Assembly (NCBI GenBank): GCA_951406725.2
Contig: OX597830.1
Location: 77,996,001 to 78,060,000, forward strand
DNA length: 64,000 nt
Direction of reading: 5' to 3'
Source of the DNA: Octopus vulgaris
Lineage: Eukaryota
The stretch's first letter is position 1. The number at the start of each line of letters is the position of its first letter. Of the stretch, positions 12,288 to 26,347 are shown piece by piece. The notes below the pieces were generated by a model. It saw only the letters and a program-made list of their open reading frames with translations, had not been told where the DNA came from and made no database searches. Made by a program: the position numbers and the translations under genes.

Positions 12288-13877
12288 CATGATTTATGCA
12301 TTATTTATACATTATTTGTGCGTGTATATAATATATACACACGTACACATAACTCCCTAAAACTATCACTACCATTATGAACAGCATCAACATCAGCAAC
12401 AATATCTCCCCTAACAGCACTACCACCACCGCCGCCGCCGCTGGCGTCGCCACCTCAAACAGCTCCACTGTGCCCCCACTATGTATACCACCACAAGGCT
12501 CCACCCACCACACCACCGTCACAAGCAACAAAATAAACAAAAAAAATATGTATACAAAGCCACCCCCAAAATTTATTCCTCATCAAAAAAGTAGGATTAA
12601 AATGAAAGATGGCTTAGCAACCAACCAGATAATCTCTTCTTCAGAGACAGCCACCCTGATTGGATACCCCACAGGATACCCCCGTCATCACCCTGGTTAC
12701 TTCCAGCCTACAACTTTGGAGTTCTGTGAACACCGGGTCGCAGCAGACCGTGGGTGGTGATATGGTACTGGTGGTGGTGATGGTGGTGTTGGTTTGTGGT
12801 GGTTGGGGTGATAGTGATGGTGATAGTTGAGGTGGTAGTAGTGCTGATGTTTGTTGTGATGGTAGTGGGGGTAGTGGGGGTGTTGGCAAAAATTGTGGTT
12901 GGTGGTGTCAGTGGTGGTGATGTTGGTGTTAGTGGTGGTGGTGGTGGGGGTAGTAGTAGTGGTATTGCTAGCGGCTGTAGTTGTCGTGGTAGTAGTGATG
13001 GTGCTGGTGTCCTAACTAGGAATTGATGGTAGTATAAGGGGAAGTGGAGGTAGTGGTGGTTGTGGTAGTGGTAGAAGTGGTGGTGATGGTGATAGTTGGT
13101 GGTGGTTGTGGTTAAAGTAGTTGTGATTCTGCCAGGTATTAGCTTTACGGTGTTGACCTTGATGTTTGTGATGGTGGTGGTGGTGGTGGTGGTGGTGGTG
13201 GTGGTGGTGGTATGTTATAGGAAAACAATCGAACGAGGAAATACGACAAACATAACAAAAATGGTTGATAGAAGCGCTAGAAATAACAGACAAATATTTC
13301 TCCATTCCACTTTTTCTGTATTATGGAAGGATGCACTGGAGAATGAAGTTTCTGCTCTACAAAATAAAATGAAAGAAATAAAATATAAGATGTACATCAC
13401 TGGAACGCCTTCAGTCATTGATCTATATGTTGTTTAACCTGGTGCTAAGCAACAACAACTATAATTATTATTAACCAATGATAAAACCTCTAAGTGGTCG
13501 CACGACGTGCTAGAAATAATTGCAAAATCTATCTCACTCGAAGAACACCTTACAGTTTCAAAGAAAGAGAAACCGAGATGGGGGATGTAGTCTTGGAGAT
13601 AATATGGCAACTGTAAAACGAGGTGGTCATGGTTTGGAATGTCACTGATCATAGGTCTACTTAGATAGGTCAGATCACGGTCTCTAAATAAAGCAACAAC
13701 AACGAGCACAACTTAAACGAAAGTGAAACAAGGAGGGAGTCTCTACGTGACTGCTCGACCTGCTAGAAATAACAATCCAAATCTCTTTCTCTCTACTACA
13801 GACACATTGGCTAATATAGGGCTGTGCTCAGACGGGTGAGTCACAAATAGCACAACTATCATTACGATTACTACCAA

Positions 13878-14137
13878 TAATCCTTCCTACTATAGGCACA
13901 AGGCCAGAAATTTGGGGCAGGGGAATAGTCGATTACATCGACCCCAGTGTTTCACTGGTGCTTAATTTCTTTAATACTCTAGGCACAAGACCCGAAATTT
14001 TGGGGCAGGGGGCCAGTTGATTAGATCGTCCCCAGTACGTAACTGGTGCTTAATTTATCGACCCCGAAAAGATGAAAGATAAAGTCGACCACGGCGGAAT
14101 TGGAACTCAGAAGGGAGCGGTAGACGAAATACCGCTA
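13878..14137 (-). mobile_element. SINE family B fragments with a duplicated tail
   Basis: Two AGGCACAAG..GAAATTT..GGGGCAGGGG tails plus the central domain. Confidence 0.8.
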
Positions 14138-14277
14138 GACATATATACATATGTAAACAAGAGAGACAGAGACAGGCAGAAACAAAGAAAATGTCCCTTG
14201 TATTTGAATTTCATGCAAATATTTTTTTAAAAAACTTTTCATTTGATTTTCCAAAATTTAATTGTTTTCCATACTTA

Positions 14278-14313
14278 CAGTTGAAGAAGTCTCAATGATT
14301 GAAAGCGGTACTG
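14278..14313 (+). ncRNA. Near-intact minimal hammerhead motif
   Basis: CAG-TTGAAGA-AGTC-tcaat-GATT-GAAAG-CG-GTA-CTG. Substitutions are C3T in the core and one in stem III (AGCGGT vs palindromic ACCGGT). An approximately 50-nt tail and (TA)n follow. Confidence 0.6.
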
Positions 14314-14434
14314 AAATGATTTTTATAAAATTATTTTAGCATTTTCTACCTTGACTTTTTCCATATATATATATATATATATATATATATCAACAGGTGT
14401 GTTCCTTTTCAACCTTCCACATATACATACCTAC

Positions 14435-14492
<58 letters not shown>

Positions 14493-14886
14493 GAATATGT
14501 ATATATACACAGATATATACATACATATACATATATATATATATATACACACATATAGATACATATATATACATATATATATATACATATATATACATAT
14601 GTATATATAAATACATACTGAAAGTAATAGAAATGTAAGTTATTTATATATATAGAAAGTGAAAGTATTAATACTGAAACCTATTAAAACTGAAAGAATT
14701 ATCTCACATTACAAGAGAGATGTTATTGTTTCATTTTTGGCACGTAATAGTGAAATAATGTAAAAGATAAGAAATTGCTCCGGGTTCGCATTAGGCAAGA
14801 AGTTTCATGGACCCTCGGTAAGGCATGTGTAAAATTTTAATGAAATCGGTTGGGTGGTTCTTGAGTTTTAGTGATGCACACATACA

Positions 14887-14946
<60 letters not shown>

Positions 14947-15061
14947 AAGCACAAACAATCACTCACACACAGATATGCACACACAACCACAGAAACACAC
15001 AAATATACATACATGTATACATACATACATGCATACATACATACATACATACATACATACA

Positions 15062-15095
<34 letters not shown>

Positions 15096-15488
15096 CATAT
15101 ATACATACATACATACATATACATATACGCAAGTGAACAGATACATAGATATTGTTATAGACACACACATACACACACACACATATATATACTTTATTAA
15201 TAAACCTGCAGACACATCAGAAAATCTCTGTGGTTCCGTCCTATAGTTGGTGAGGATCGGAATATCTGATCGGATATTTCCGTTGTGTGCACAGAGAAAA
15301 CCAAACTTATGAGTGTTTAGCGCCTCAGGGGCTAATCCAAATTACGCGTAACTCTGAGTAATACTCTGTTGGGATACTCTCGGGTGTCCGACAAGTACTG
15401 ATTTCCCTTGGTGTATTAAAATCAAATGAATAACATACGGTTCATAAGCTGACAATTATCCATCGCATGTTATTATTCATATGATTAT

Positions 15489-15549
<61 letters not shown>

Positions 15550-15718
15550 AATAAATCTCTGGGTTAAATGCATCAGTAACACCCCCACCACCCCACCCTG
15601 ACCCTAGCCACATTCAGATGGCTGATCCCTCTTATGTTATATATATATATATATATATATATGGTAGTCAGAAACTGAAAGAAGCCCCTCGTGTGTGTAT
15701 ATATATATATATATGCAT

Positions 15719-15890
15719 ACACACGACGGGCTTCTTTCAGTTTCTGTCTACCAACTTCACTCAATAAGGCCTTGTTCGGCTCAAGCCTATGGTAAAAAAA
15801 CACTTGCTCAAGTTTCCACACAGTAATATTGAACCCGGAAGCATGTGGTTGGAAGGCAAGCTTCTTACCACACAGCCACGCCTTGCGCTT
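15719..15890 (-). mobile_element. SINE family A 5' half with an inverted 35-bp copy at 15662-15696
   Basis: Diverged head and core, mirrored across a (TA)n. Confidence 0.8.
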
Positions 15891-16646
15891 AATATATATA
15901 TTATACACCTGCAAGGCCATGTGTTATTTATCTTGATATCAGATCACCATGTCGTGCATATATGGTTGTGATGCATGTGCCTGATGTACCCTTGTCGGAC
16001 GGGTGGTCATGATGGGTATACCGAGTTTCGTATATTTTACCGCAGTGTCACTTACGGCATGCACTGCTCTCTCACTCAATAATAATGATGATGGTGATGA
16101 TGATGATGATGATGATGGTTTCTTTTATTTGCCACTAGGGCGAAAGATGAGAATAATAAAATATAAAACAGACGAATGGATTTTATGGTATATCTACAAT
16201 TATTACGTTAACAGGTTCTATTGCAACGCAACATACTAAAAGTTGGCAAATATTCGTGCACAATATTTTTAAGATTATGCAATGCGTTACATGGAACATC
16301 TCAAATCTTCAGGTTACAAGATTTAAAAGAGGCAAATTAAGATATGCTGCTGTACTGAATTTCATCAGAGCGTATAACAGAATGGATTGTTTTGGCTTTT
16401 GAGAGGTGACGTACTCTTTCTAGCTATCAGAAATGGCATGTTTAACTTTCATCTACCACGATCTATTCAATAGACACTTATCAAATCAATGCACACATAC
16501 ACACACACACGCATGGACGCACGCACGCATACGTACATACATACACCCCCGCGCACACACGTATATGTATATATGCATATATGCATGTATATACATACAT
16601 ATATAAATGTGTGTATATGTGTATGCTTGTATGTGTGTGTGTGTGT

Positions 16647-16755
<109 letters not shown>

Positions 16756-16889
16756 AAACGTCACTGTGTGGAAATAAGCTTGCTTCCAAACCACATGGTT
16801 CCGAGTTCAGTCCCAAAGCGTGGTACGTTGTGTAGGTATGAGTAGATATGCTTTAGTGAAATTGATATCTATAATATAAATATATATCG

Positions 16890-17000
<111 letters not shown>

Positions 17001-17025
17001 ATGTATGTATAGGCATATGTATATG

Positions 17026-17104
<79 letters not shown>

Positions 17105-17371
17105 CTTTTCCAGTGTTGATAGACTGTTGTTGGAATTCTTCCGAACGGGAGATTTTGTTAAAAATAAAAAAGCAGGCGTTCAATGTGTAGATCACACAAG
17201 TTCTATTGGTTTATAGTTTAATATTCTCAATTATCGATTAGTTCAGTGATCTGCAAATCACTCTTCCAAACTATAGGAATATCAATTTCAACGCGGTCGT
17301 TTGCAATTCAAAATTCTTGCGAAATAAGGGAAAAAATTGTGTGTGTGTGCGTGCAAGCTAGTATATATGCA

Positions 17372-17454
<83 letters not shown>

Positions 17455-17749
17455 GAACATACAATATATACATATATATACATGTATATACATATGAGCA
17501 TGTATAGATATAGAGGTATTTGTGTGTGCGTATATATATATATATATATACATATAATTATAAATAAGAAAACTTTTCTCTGCCAATATGCTGAAAAATA
17601 GGCGCTAAATCATCTAATTTTTTTCTTTTTGCCTTTATTTATAATTGTATAATTTTCACCTTAAAAGATATTTTTCATATGCTGGCCACTGATAAAAATT
17701 TAAAAATAAAATTTAGACCATTATATATATGTATATATATACACACACG

Positions 17750-17783
<34 letters not shown>

Positions 17784-17979
17784 GCGTGTATATGCGTATA
17801 TCTATATATACACACATATATGGATGCTCATGTGTTATTAAATATCAGTATTTGGTAGACACATAGTTATATGGATATATATTCAATACACGATAGAAAT
17901 ATGTATAGATGTGTGTGTGTGTGTGTGTGTGTACGCAAGATTGTATGTGTGTGCGTGCATATGTATTTATGTATGTATA

Positions 17980-18092
<113 letters not shown>

Positions 18093-18221
18093 GTATATAA
18101 ATTTTAAATGAAGGTGAGAAATTGGATATTAATTTAATCAACATCAATTTAACACCAGTGCTCTAGCATATTAAAATCTGAAAGTTCAGTAAATATACAT
18201 ACATATATATATAATAAGAAA

Positions 18222-18477
18222 TTAATAAATAAAACATATGCATATATACATACATATATGTACGTACCTACATCTACATGTATATATACATGCATATATG
18301 GGTACAGGACACCAAAAAAAAAACGTCGAACACAATGAGAAACGAAAACATAAACACAAAACCAAGGAAATGGACATTTTTCTTAAACAACGAAAAAATA
18401 GAGTACAGGACACACAATACAAGGAAAAATTTCCCTTCTTCAGTCGCCCATGTTTCATCTACTCCGCGTTTCGAAGG
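18222..18477 (-). mobile_element. TA-embedded repeat family f (copy 1; others at 28660-28873 on - and 52853-53105 on +; relative at 28095-28255 on +)
   Basis: High similarity between copies over about 250 bp. Starts with CCTTC-GAAAC-RCGGA-GTA, which resembles the 3' half of a hammerhead. Confidence 0.75.
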
Positions 18478-18539
18478 TCATATATATATATATATATGGC
18501 TTATAAGATATAATTTCAATATATTAAGTCGGCCCATTA

Positions 18540-18725
18540 AGTCGGTGAGCTGGCAGAATCGTTAGCGCGCTGGACGGAATGCTTAGCGGCACTTCGTCCC
18601 ATTTAACTTTCTGAGTTCAAATGACGCCAATGTCGACTTTACCTATCACCATTTGACCACCGTAGGTCGAAGTAAATGACCTACCGCCCCCTTGAAATTG
18701 CTGGCATTGTGTCAAAGTATGAAAC
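18540..18725 (+). mobile_element. Old SINE family B copy
   Basis: GGTGAGCTGGCAGAATCGTTAGC..GAGTTCAAAT..GTCGACTTT. Confidence 0.75.
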
Positions 18726-18947
18726 TAATATATATATAGAATCATTTCTATATTACATACATACATCCATGCATGTCTGCATGTATACATGTATGCATGT
18801 ATGAATGCATGTATGTATGTATATATGTATGTTTGTATGTACGTATGTATGTATGCATGTATGTATGTATATATGTATGTATATATGTATGTTTGTATGA
18901 ATGTATGCATGTATGTATGCATGTTTGCATGTATGTATGTATGTATG

Positions 18948-18993
<46 letters not shown>

Positions 18994-19198
18994 ACATTAT
19001 TCAGTTTATTTCCAGATTTCTTTCCAATACAGGAAGGGCCGGTTTCAAACCTAGACCCAAGGCTCTTTTATTGCAATTTCAAAAACATCACTAGGGTATT
19101 GTTCTATGTGTGTATATGTGCAGGTATGTATGTTTTATTTTATGTATATATTTGGATGTCTACATAGTTCCATGTTTAGACATATTCATATATATGTT

Positions 19199-19230
<32 letters not shown>

Positions 19231-19464
19231 TGTATGTATGTATGTATGTATGTATGTATGAATGTATGTATTGATATATGCATGTATGATTACAAGTTTG
19301 TATGCATGTTCTCTCATATTTTCAATCGTCAAAAGTCTTCCTGTGAGGAAGGGACCGTTTTCTGGACAAAGATACAAAGCTTCATCGTTGGACAGTCGAT
19401 AACAAAAATATTTTAATCTTGTGAAAAGTTTTGCATAGGTTTACTGTTCCGCTTGTATTTGTAA

Positions 19465-19615
19465 CTAGCTGTATCGCCCGGCGTTGCTCGGGTTTGTAAG
19501 GGAAATAACTATATAAGCATTTTTAGAGAGTTACTTCCCTTATATAATAGCAAAAAAATGCATTAAAAATGGAAAAAAAATGATGGCAAACTTTTTTTTA
19601 AATCGTAGACTCATC

Positions 19616-19689
<74 letters not shown>

Positions 19690-19832
19690 TATTAGCACCC
19701 AGAAGGGCTCGATATGAATCACGACTATAAGATACCCGGTTTTGGTTAAACTGCACCGCAAAATGTGGGAGTAGTTAGGAATCTAAATCGTAGGAGACAG
19801 ACAACACACAACTTCACTTTTATATATATAGA
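19465..19832 (-). mobile_element. Non-autonomous Helitron with an internal (TA)n
   Basis: The minus strand starts A|TCTATATATATAAAAG and ends with the hairpin CCCGAGCAACGCCGGG followed by CTAG|T. These are canonical 5'-TC and 3'-hairpin-CTRR ends at an AT target. Confidence 0.85.
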
Positions 19833-19919
19833 TGTTCGAGTTAGTTTGTTCATTTCTGAAGATGCTATATATGTGTGTAGTATGTATGTATGTATTCATG
19901 AGTAGGATGAACGGATAAC

Positions 19920-20260
19920 ATAAGACATGACACCGTGGATTTCTACCCCGGCATCCGAAACTCGGAGTCTTATTATGGGTACCGAATAACTGCCACATAT
20001 TACATTTACAGATAAATTCCTCTATTTAGTTAATATCGAGGTCTCTTTCTTTCTTTTGTTGTCTAACCGTTTTTCTCACCAAGAAATCTAATGCTTACAG
20101 CTTAGTTTTTTTTCTTGGGGCTGGCCGAGTTGGAGCAAATATCAGAATTGAACAGCCGAAATTTGCTATGATGGTTCGGTGTCTAACTGAAGATTGAAGG
20201 CTTCGAATGATTTGTCTGTGTTCCGTGTTCGTCCCTTCCTGTGTTTCACGTTCATTATAT
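19920..20260 (+). mobile_element. Family E copy 2 fused to repeat family h
   Basis: ATCC-GAAAC-TCGGA-GTC-TTAT. The segment 20070-20260 is homologous to 61960-62172 (-) and partly to 9500-9600. Confidence 0.7.
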
Positions 20261-20492
20261 ATAAAAACATTCATTCTTATATATTGATTGATTGATTGAT
20301 TGATTCTAGTTTCAGCTTATGAGCTGTGGCCATGCTGGGGCACCGCCATTTGGTGTTGCTATATATATATATATATATATAAGTTGGTTCATCTGGGACA
20401 CCTGACGGAAGAGATCCAGCTTCATTTAAGACATTGTATCCACCCATGCAGGTCTCTCAGGTTCTTCGGGAGGTATTGAAAGCTGCCTCGAC

Positions 20493-20528
<36 letters not shown>

Positions 20529-20680
20529 AAAACACTATCACGTACTGAGAGCCAACATACATGCACAAACAAACACACACACACCAAGCACAAACAATCA
20601 CTCACACACAGATATGCACACACAACCACAGAAACACAGAAATATACATACATGTATGCATACATACATACATACATACA

Positions 20681-20714
<34 letters not shown>

Positions 20715-20857
20715 CATACATATATATACGTTTACGCAAGTGAACAGATACATAGATATTGTTATAGATATATATGTATGTAAATGTGCATATATACATA
20801 CACACACACGCACGCACACACACACGCACAACAAACTTATATATGTATATATATATG

Positions 20858-20942
<85 letters not shown>

Positions 20943-21058
20943 GTGTGTGTGTGTGTATACAGAAAAATGTGAACGGGGTACAGTGATCTTGATTATTGCC
21001 TGATTATATGTGTGTTTATATAGATATATATATGCATACATATATATGTATATATATG

Positions 21059-21119
<61 letters not shown>

Positions 21120-21195
21120 ATGTATGTATATATATGTGTATATATGTGATATATATATATATATCTATATATGTATACACATGCATCTCTCTCTT

Positions 21196-21233
<38 letters not shown>

Positions 21234-21693
21234 GTGTGTGTGTGTATACGAATATATGTGCGTGTATATATGTATATATATGTATATATATGTTTGTGTG
21301 TGTGTGTGGATGTATATGTATGTATATATGGTTGGGTGTGTATATATGTGTGCGTATGTATGTATATTTATGTATGTATGTAAGCATGTATGTATATATG
21401 TATATATACATGTGCATATATATGCATAAATATATTCATACAAATATATATATATATATGCATTATATATAATATATATGTATAATATATGCCTATATAT
21501 ATGTGTATATAATATATATGTATATGTGTGTATATATGCATATATATAATGTATATATGTATATATACATACGCACATATATATGTAGGCATATGAATGC
21601 ATCGTGTTCCATTTCCTCAACTTATTCTACGACTCAGGCACACACATATAATATGTGTGTGTATGTTTCAGAGATTTATTATTGTTTAAATCC

Positions 21694-21724
<31 letters not shown>

Positions 21725-21733
21725 TAAATATAA

Positions 21734-21855
<122 letters not shown>

Positions 21856-22068
21856 CAATAAAAATGGTAAATAATTTTCCTGTGGTTTATCATGTAACCA
21901 ACGATTATTTACCGGTAAATTTCGGTATGTAAATACGACAAATTAATTGTCAGGACCTTTGTAAGGTTCAATATATTTCTGTGTTTCTGTGGTTGTGTGT
22001 GCATATCTGTGTGTGTGTGTTTGTTTGTGCATGTATGTTGGCTCTCAGTACGTGATAGTGTTTTCGTT

Positions 22069-22162
<94 letters not shown>

Positions 22163-22191
22163 ATGTATCCATACACACACGCTTTAGTGTA

Positions 22192-22226
<35 letters not shown>

Positions 22227-22884
22227 ACGTTCATGCAAATATTTATCTATATATGTAAGCGTGTGCGAGTGCTTTGATCTGTATTTCCATTGAAATATTT
22301 TCTTTGTAACGATAAACTCGTGTATAGTTGCTTGCGCATTGCGCACGCACATGAAGGTAAATGCTTCCGTGCGAGTATACACACGCGTGGAGCGCGCAAG
22401 CACACACAGCATACCTAGGGCCCAATATCCTAATTATTCGATTACATGTATCGCCATAAAGATGATTCTGCGCATTAGGATATCCTTTTTCGGGCTGTGC
22501 ATACAGAAAAATACTATTCTTTTATTCTTTTATTTGTTTCAGTCATTCTACTGACGCATACTGGATCACCTCTTTTAGTTGAACCCAATCAACCACCGGA
22601 CTTTTTCTTTGCAAGCTTAGTGCTTATTCTATCGGTTACTTTTGCCGGGCCGCTAATTTACGGGGACATAAACACACCAATATCGACTGTTAAGCGATGC
22701 TGGTGAGACAAACACAGACACACAAGTATATATACACAGACAAACAGACACACACACACACACACACACATGCATATCTGTGTGTGTTTTTTTGACAACC
22801 GTTGTTCCTTTACACACCTCCCCGTAACTCAACGTTTCAGCAAAAGAGACCGATAGAGTAACTGATTTAAAAATAATTACCCAA

Positions 22885-23052
22885 GTAGGATTGGCTGTGT
22901 GGTAAGTAGCTTGCTTACCAACAACATGGTTTCGGGTTCAGTCCCACTGCGTGGCACCTTGGGTAAGTGTCTTCTACTATAGCCTCGGGCCGACCAAAGG
23001 CTTGTGAATGGATTTGGTAGACGGAAACTGAAAGAAGCCCGTCGTGTATATG

Positions 23053-23121
<69 letters not shown>

Positions 23122-23332
23122 TTGTGTCTTTGTTTGTTCCCCTAACATCGTTTGATAACCGATGCTGGTGTGTTTACGTCCACATAACTTAGCAGTTCGG
23201 CAAAAGAGGCCGATAGAATAAGTACTAGGCTTACAAAGAATAAGTCCTGGGGGGTGATTTGCTCGACTAAAGGCGGTGCTCCAGCATGGCCGACATTCAA
23301 ATGACTGAAACAAGTAAAAGAGTAATAGAGTA
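22885..23332 (+). mobile_element. SINE family A, full length (preceded by decayed 3' halves at 22516-22730 on - and 22775-22875 on +)
   Basis: Consensus match. Confidence 0.9.
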
Positions 23333-24246
23333 AACCGATTCGTTCAACAAAACCCTTCCAGGCGGGGGTCCCAATGACTGTCTCTAGTTGAATAGAAAAG
23401 ACAACGTGGAGATAAACTGTACTTGACGCGGCCCAAACACTCCCAGCTTCACCGTACTAGATAAACATTTCAACCGTAAACGTACAATATCTATTGCACT
23501 GAATTAAATTCTAACTTTCTCAAAGAAAACGGCAAAAAATCTTATCTACCTAACAATTCCATTACTATTTGTCTAGCTGCACTTTCGCGGCAGAAATTTC
23601 TATGTGAAATATATAAGGTTTTTTTTTTTTTTTTCTGTCGCATTCCGTAGCTTATCTTTGCAGATTATAGCGTGACTTGAACTCAGATCCATGCCAGATG
23701 AACGTAAGAAATTTTTCCAAATGATTTTGTCTGGCACCGTTCCTGTCATTCATTTCACACCCTATCAGGTTATTAAACAGGAAATTAATTAATTAGTATA
23801 TATAAATATAAATATAAATATATATATGTTTGTATGTATGTATGTATGTATGTATGTATGTATGTATGTATGTATGTATGTATGTATGTATATACGTGTG
23901 TGTGTGTGCAAAAAGGAAATTTTAATTGGCTAATTTGTCTTAAAAACTTTGTCAATGTGATTTAGATTAGGAATATATTAGCTACTAGATCCTTTTATGA
24001 GAAGGCATTTCTTCAGTGTGTATGTGTGTGTGTGTGTGCGTGCGTGTGTGTGTGTGTGTATGTGTGTGTATGTGTAAATAGTGTAGAAGTAAGCATGACC
24101 GCATGGTTAAGAAGCATGCTCTGCAGCACCCTATTATCAGGTTCAGTTCTTCTGCGTGGCAATTTGGGCAAGTGAATTGTTCTATAGCCCTGGGACTACA
24201 AGTGTCCTGATAATAAGTTTAATAGACGGAAACTGAAAGGAGTCCG

Positions 24247-24320
<74 letters not shown>

Positions 24321-24327
24321 ATGTATA

Positions 24328-24538
24328 TAAAGTTAATCCAAACAAGAAAACACAAAAAAACACAACAACGCAAAGACGTGGAACAAATATAGTATTATTG
24401 GACGCTCAGGAAAGAAGGAAAGAAGAAGGGTTTAACGTTTCGAGCGGAACTCTTCGTCGGAAACATAGGAGAAGGAAAGATCCAGAGAAGGGAAGACAGA
24501 GGAAAAAAAATCGCCAACGGTACACACGCGGTCACATT

Positions 24539-24545
<7 letters not shown>
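24328..24545 (-). mobile_element. TA-embedded repeat family c with a minimal hammerhead (CCGACGA core)
   Basis: Minus strand GTTT-CCGACGA-AGAGT-TCC-GCTC-GAAAC-GTT-AAAC (24430-24464). A related, more decayed copy lies at 25170-25352 (-). Confidence 0.75.
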
Positions 24546-24593
<48 letters not shown>

Positions 24594-24596
<3 letters not shown>

Positions 24597-24995
24597 TTTT
24601 ATTCCTTTTCTCTGTTACGTGTTTCAGGCATTTGACTGTGGCCATCATAGAGCACCGCATTTATTCGAAGAATTCAACCAGCAGGACTTATTGTTTGGAA
24701 GCCTAGCACTTAATCTATCGGTCTCTTTTGCCGAACTGCTACCTTACGGGGGCGTAAACGCACCAACATCGATTGTTAAGCGATGGTAGTGGGGGAAAAT
24801 ACAGACATACAAACATATACACACACACACATGACGGGCTTCTTTCAGTTTCCGTCTACCAAATCCACTCACAAAGCTTTGGTCGGCCCGAGGCTATAGC
24901 AGAAGACACTTGCCCAAGGTGCCACGCAGTGGGACTGAATCGGGAACCATGTGGATGGGAAGCAAACTTCTTACCACATAGCCACTCCTGCACCT
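24594..24995 (-). mobile_element. SINE family A, older full-length copy
   Basis: Consensus match with more substitutions. Confidence 0.88.
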
Positions 24996-25008
24996 AAATA
25001 TATATACA

Positions 25009-25042
<34 letters not shown>

Positions 25043-25990
25043 CGTGTGTGCGTATGTGTGTGTATGTATGTATACATATATACATATATACATATATATA
25101 TATCTATATATACATATATATACATATATATATATATACATATATATACATATATATACATATATATGTAGTCAAATCGAATAAACGAATATCAAAAAAC
25201 AAAAATAGCAAACAAGAGGACGTGCACATGTACTGTATTAGTTCGTGGCTCAGTAAAAAAGATAGCTTTTGGAGCTTCAAGCATAGCTCTTCGTCGGAAA
25301 GGAGAAAGGATATGTCGAAAGAAGGAAAAACAATCACCAACACCACGTGTGTATAAATATATTGATTATATATTATTCCATTTATAATTTAAAAAAAAAA
25401 CGTTCGATCAACAAGTGCAAAGAATTATTTATTTTGCTTTTGAGTGTTTAGGTATGTGTGAATGGGTGTGTGTGTGTGTGTGTGGGATTATTTGCGTAAT
25501 TTATTTATCTGTATAGTTGTGGGTGTGAATATATTGGTGTATATATCGAGTTCTGTATGTTTGTATATGTATGTGTGAGCGGGTATATGTATATTGTTTA
25601 TGAATGTGGGTTGTATGTGTGTGTGAGGGAGTATGAATAAGTATTGTGTTGAAGTATTTGGCTATTTTATTTATTTATCGTTGCCTAGACGTTTTTATGT
25701 GTATGTATAGGGATATATATATAGGTGTGTGATTTAGTGTATGTATTTAGATATGGTTATATATAATTAGTTATATGTGTATGGGTGTATATATAGTTTA
25801 TTTTTATTTTGTTTTATATTTAATTGTTGATAGGTTTATTTTAGTTTATATATTGTTTATATATTGATTATATATGGATTATATATAGGTTATATATAGA
25901 TTATATATTTATATTTTTTCATTGATACTTTAATTATTTTAAAATTATTATTTTTTGTATTTTAAAATATTGATATTTTAGATTGGAAGT

Positions 25991-26033
25991 CCACCTGAAG
26001 ATTGTGGATCAGGACAAGAAACAATTGTAGTGG
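25991..26033 (+). ncRNA. Intact-looking minimal type I hammerhead ribozyme
   Basis: Stem I CCAC/GTGG, core CTGAAGA, stem II TTGT(ggatcagg)ACAA, GAAA, palindromic stem III ACAATTGT and cleavage triplet GTA. Followed by ATTAAA, an approximately 90-nt tail and (TA)n. Confidence 0.85.
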
Positions 26034-26118
26034 CGGTTTTTTTGACTTTTTATTAAAATTTTATGTATTGATTAAGTCTTTTCTTGTTTGTTTTGCAAAA
26101 TAGTGGTTTTGTCTCTAA

Positions 26119-26151
<33 letters not shown>

Positions 26152-26153
<2 letters not shown>

Positions 26154-26283
26154 GGGTGTCCCAAAAAAATTGTATACACACCTTAAATAATTGTAAATTT
26201 GTTATTCTTTGTAAGCCTAGTACTTATTCTATCGTTCTCTTTTGCCGAACCACTATGTGTATACATTTTTTTGGGACACCCTG
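26152..26283. mobile_element. Tc1/mariner-type MITE carrying a SINE A fragment
   Basis: TIRs CAGGGTGTCCCAAAAAAATTGTATACACA / TGTGTATACATTTTTTTGGGACACCCTG, with TA on the right flank. Internal 26202-26251 matches the SINE A 3' region. Confidence 0.85.
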
Positions 26284-26288
26284 TATAT

Positions 26289-26347
<59 letters not shown>

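Noticed and set aside
12377-12760. 127-aa ORF starting with a real ATG
   Set aside because: The first half is low complexity and no domain is recognisable. The remainder looks like an unrelated repeat fragment.
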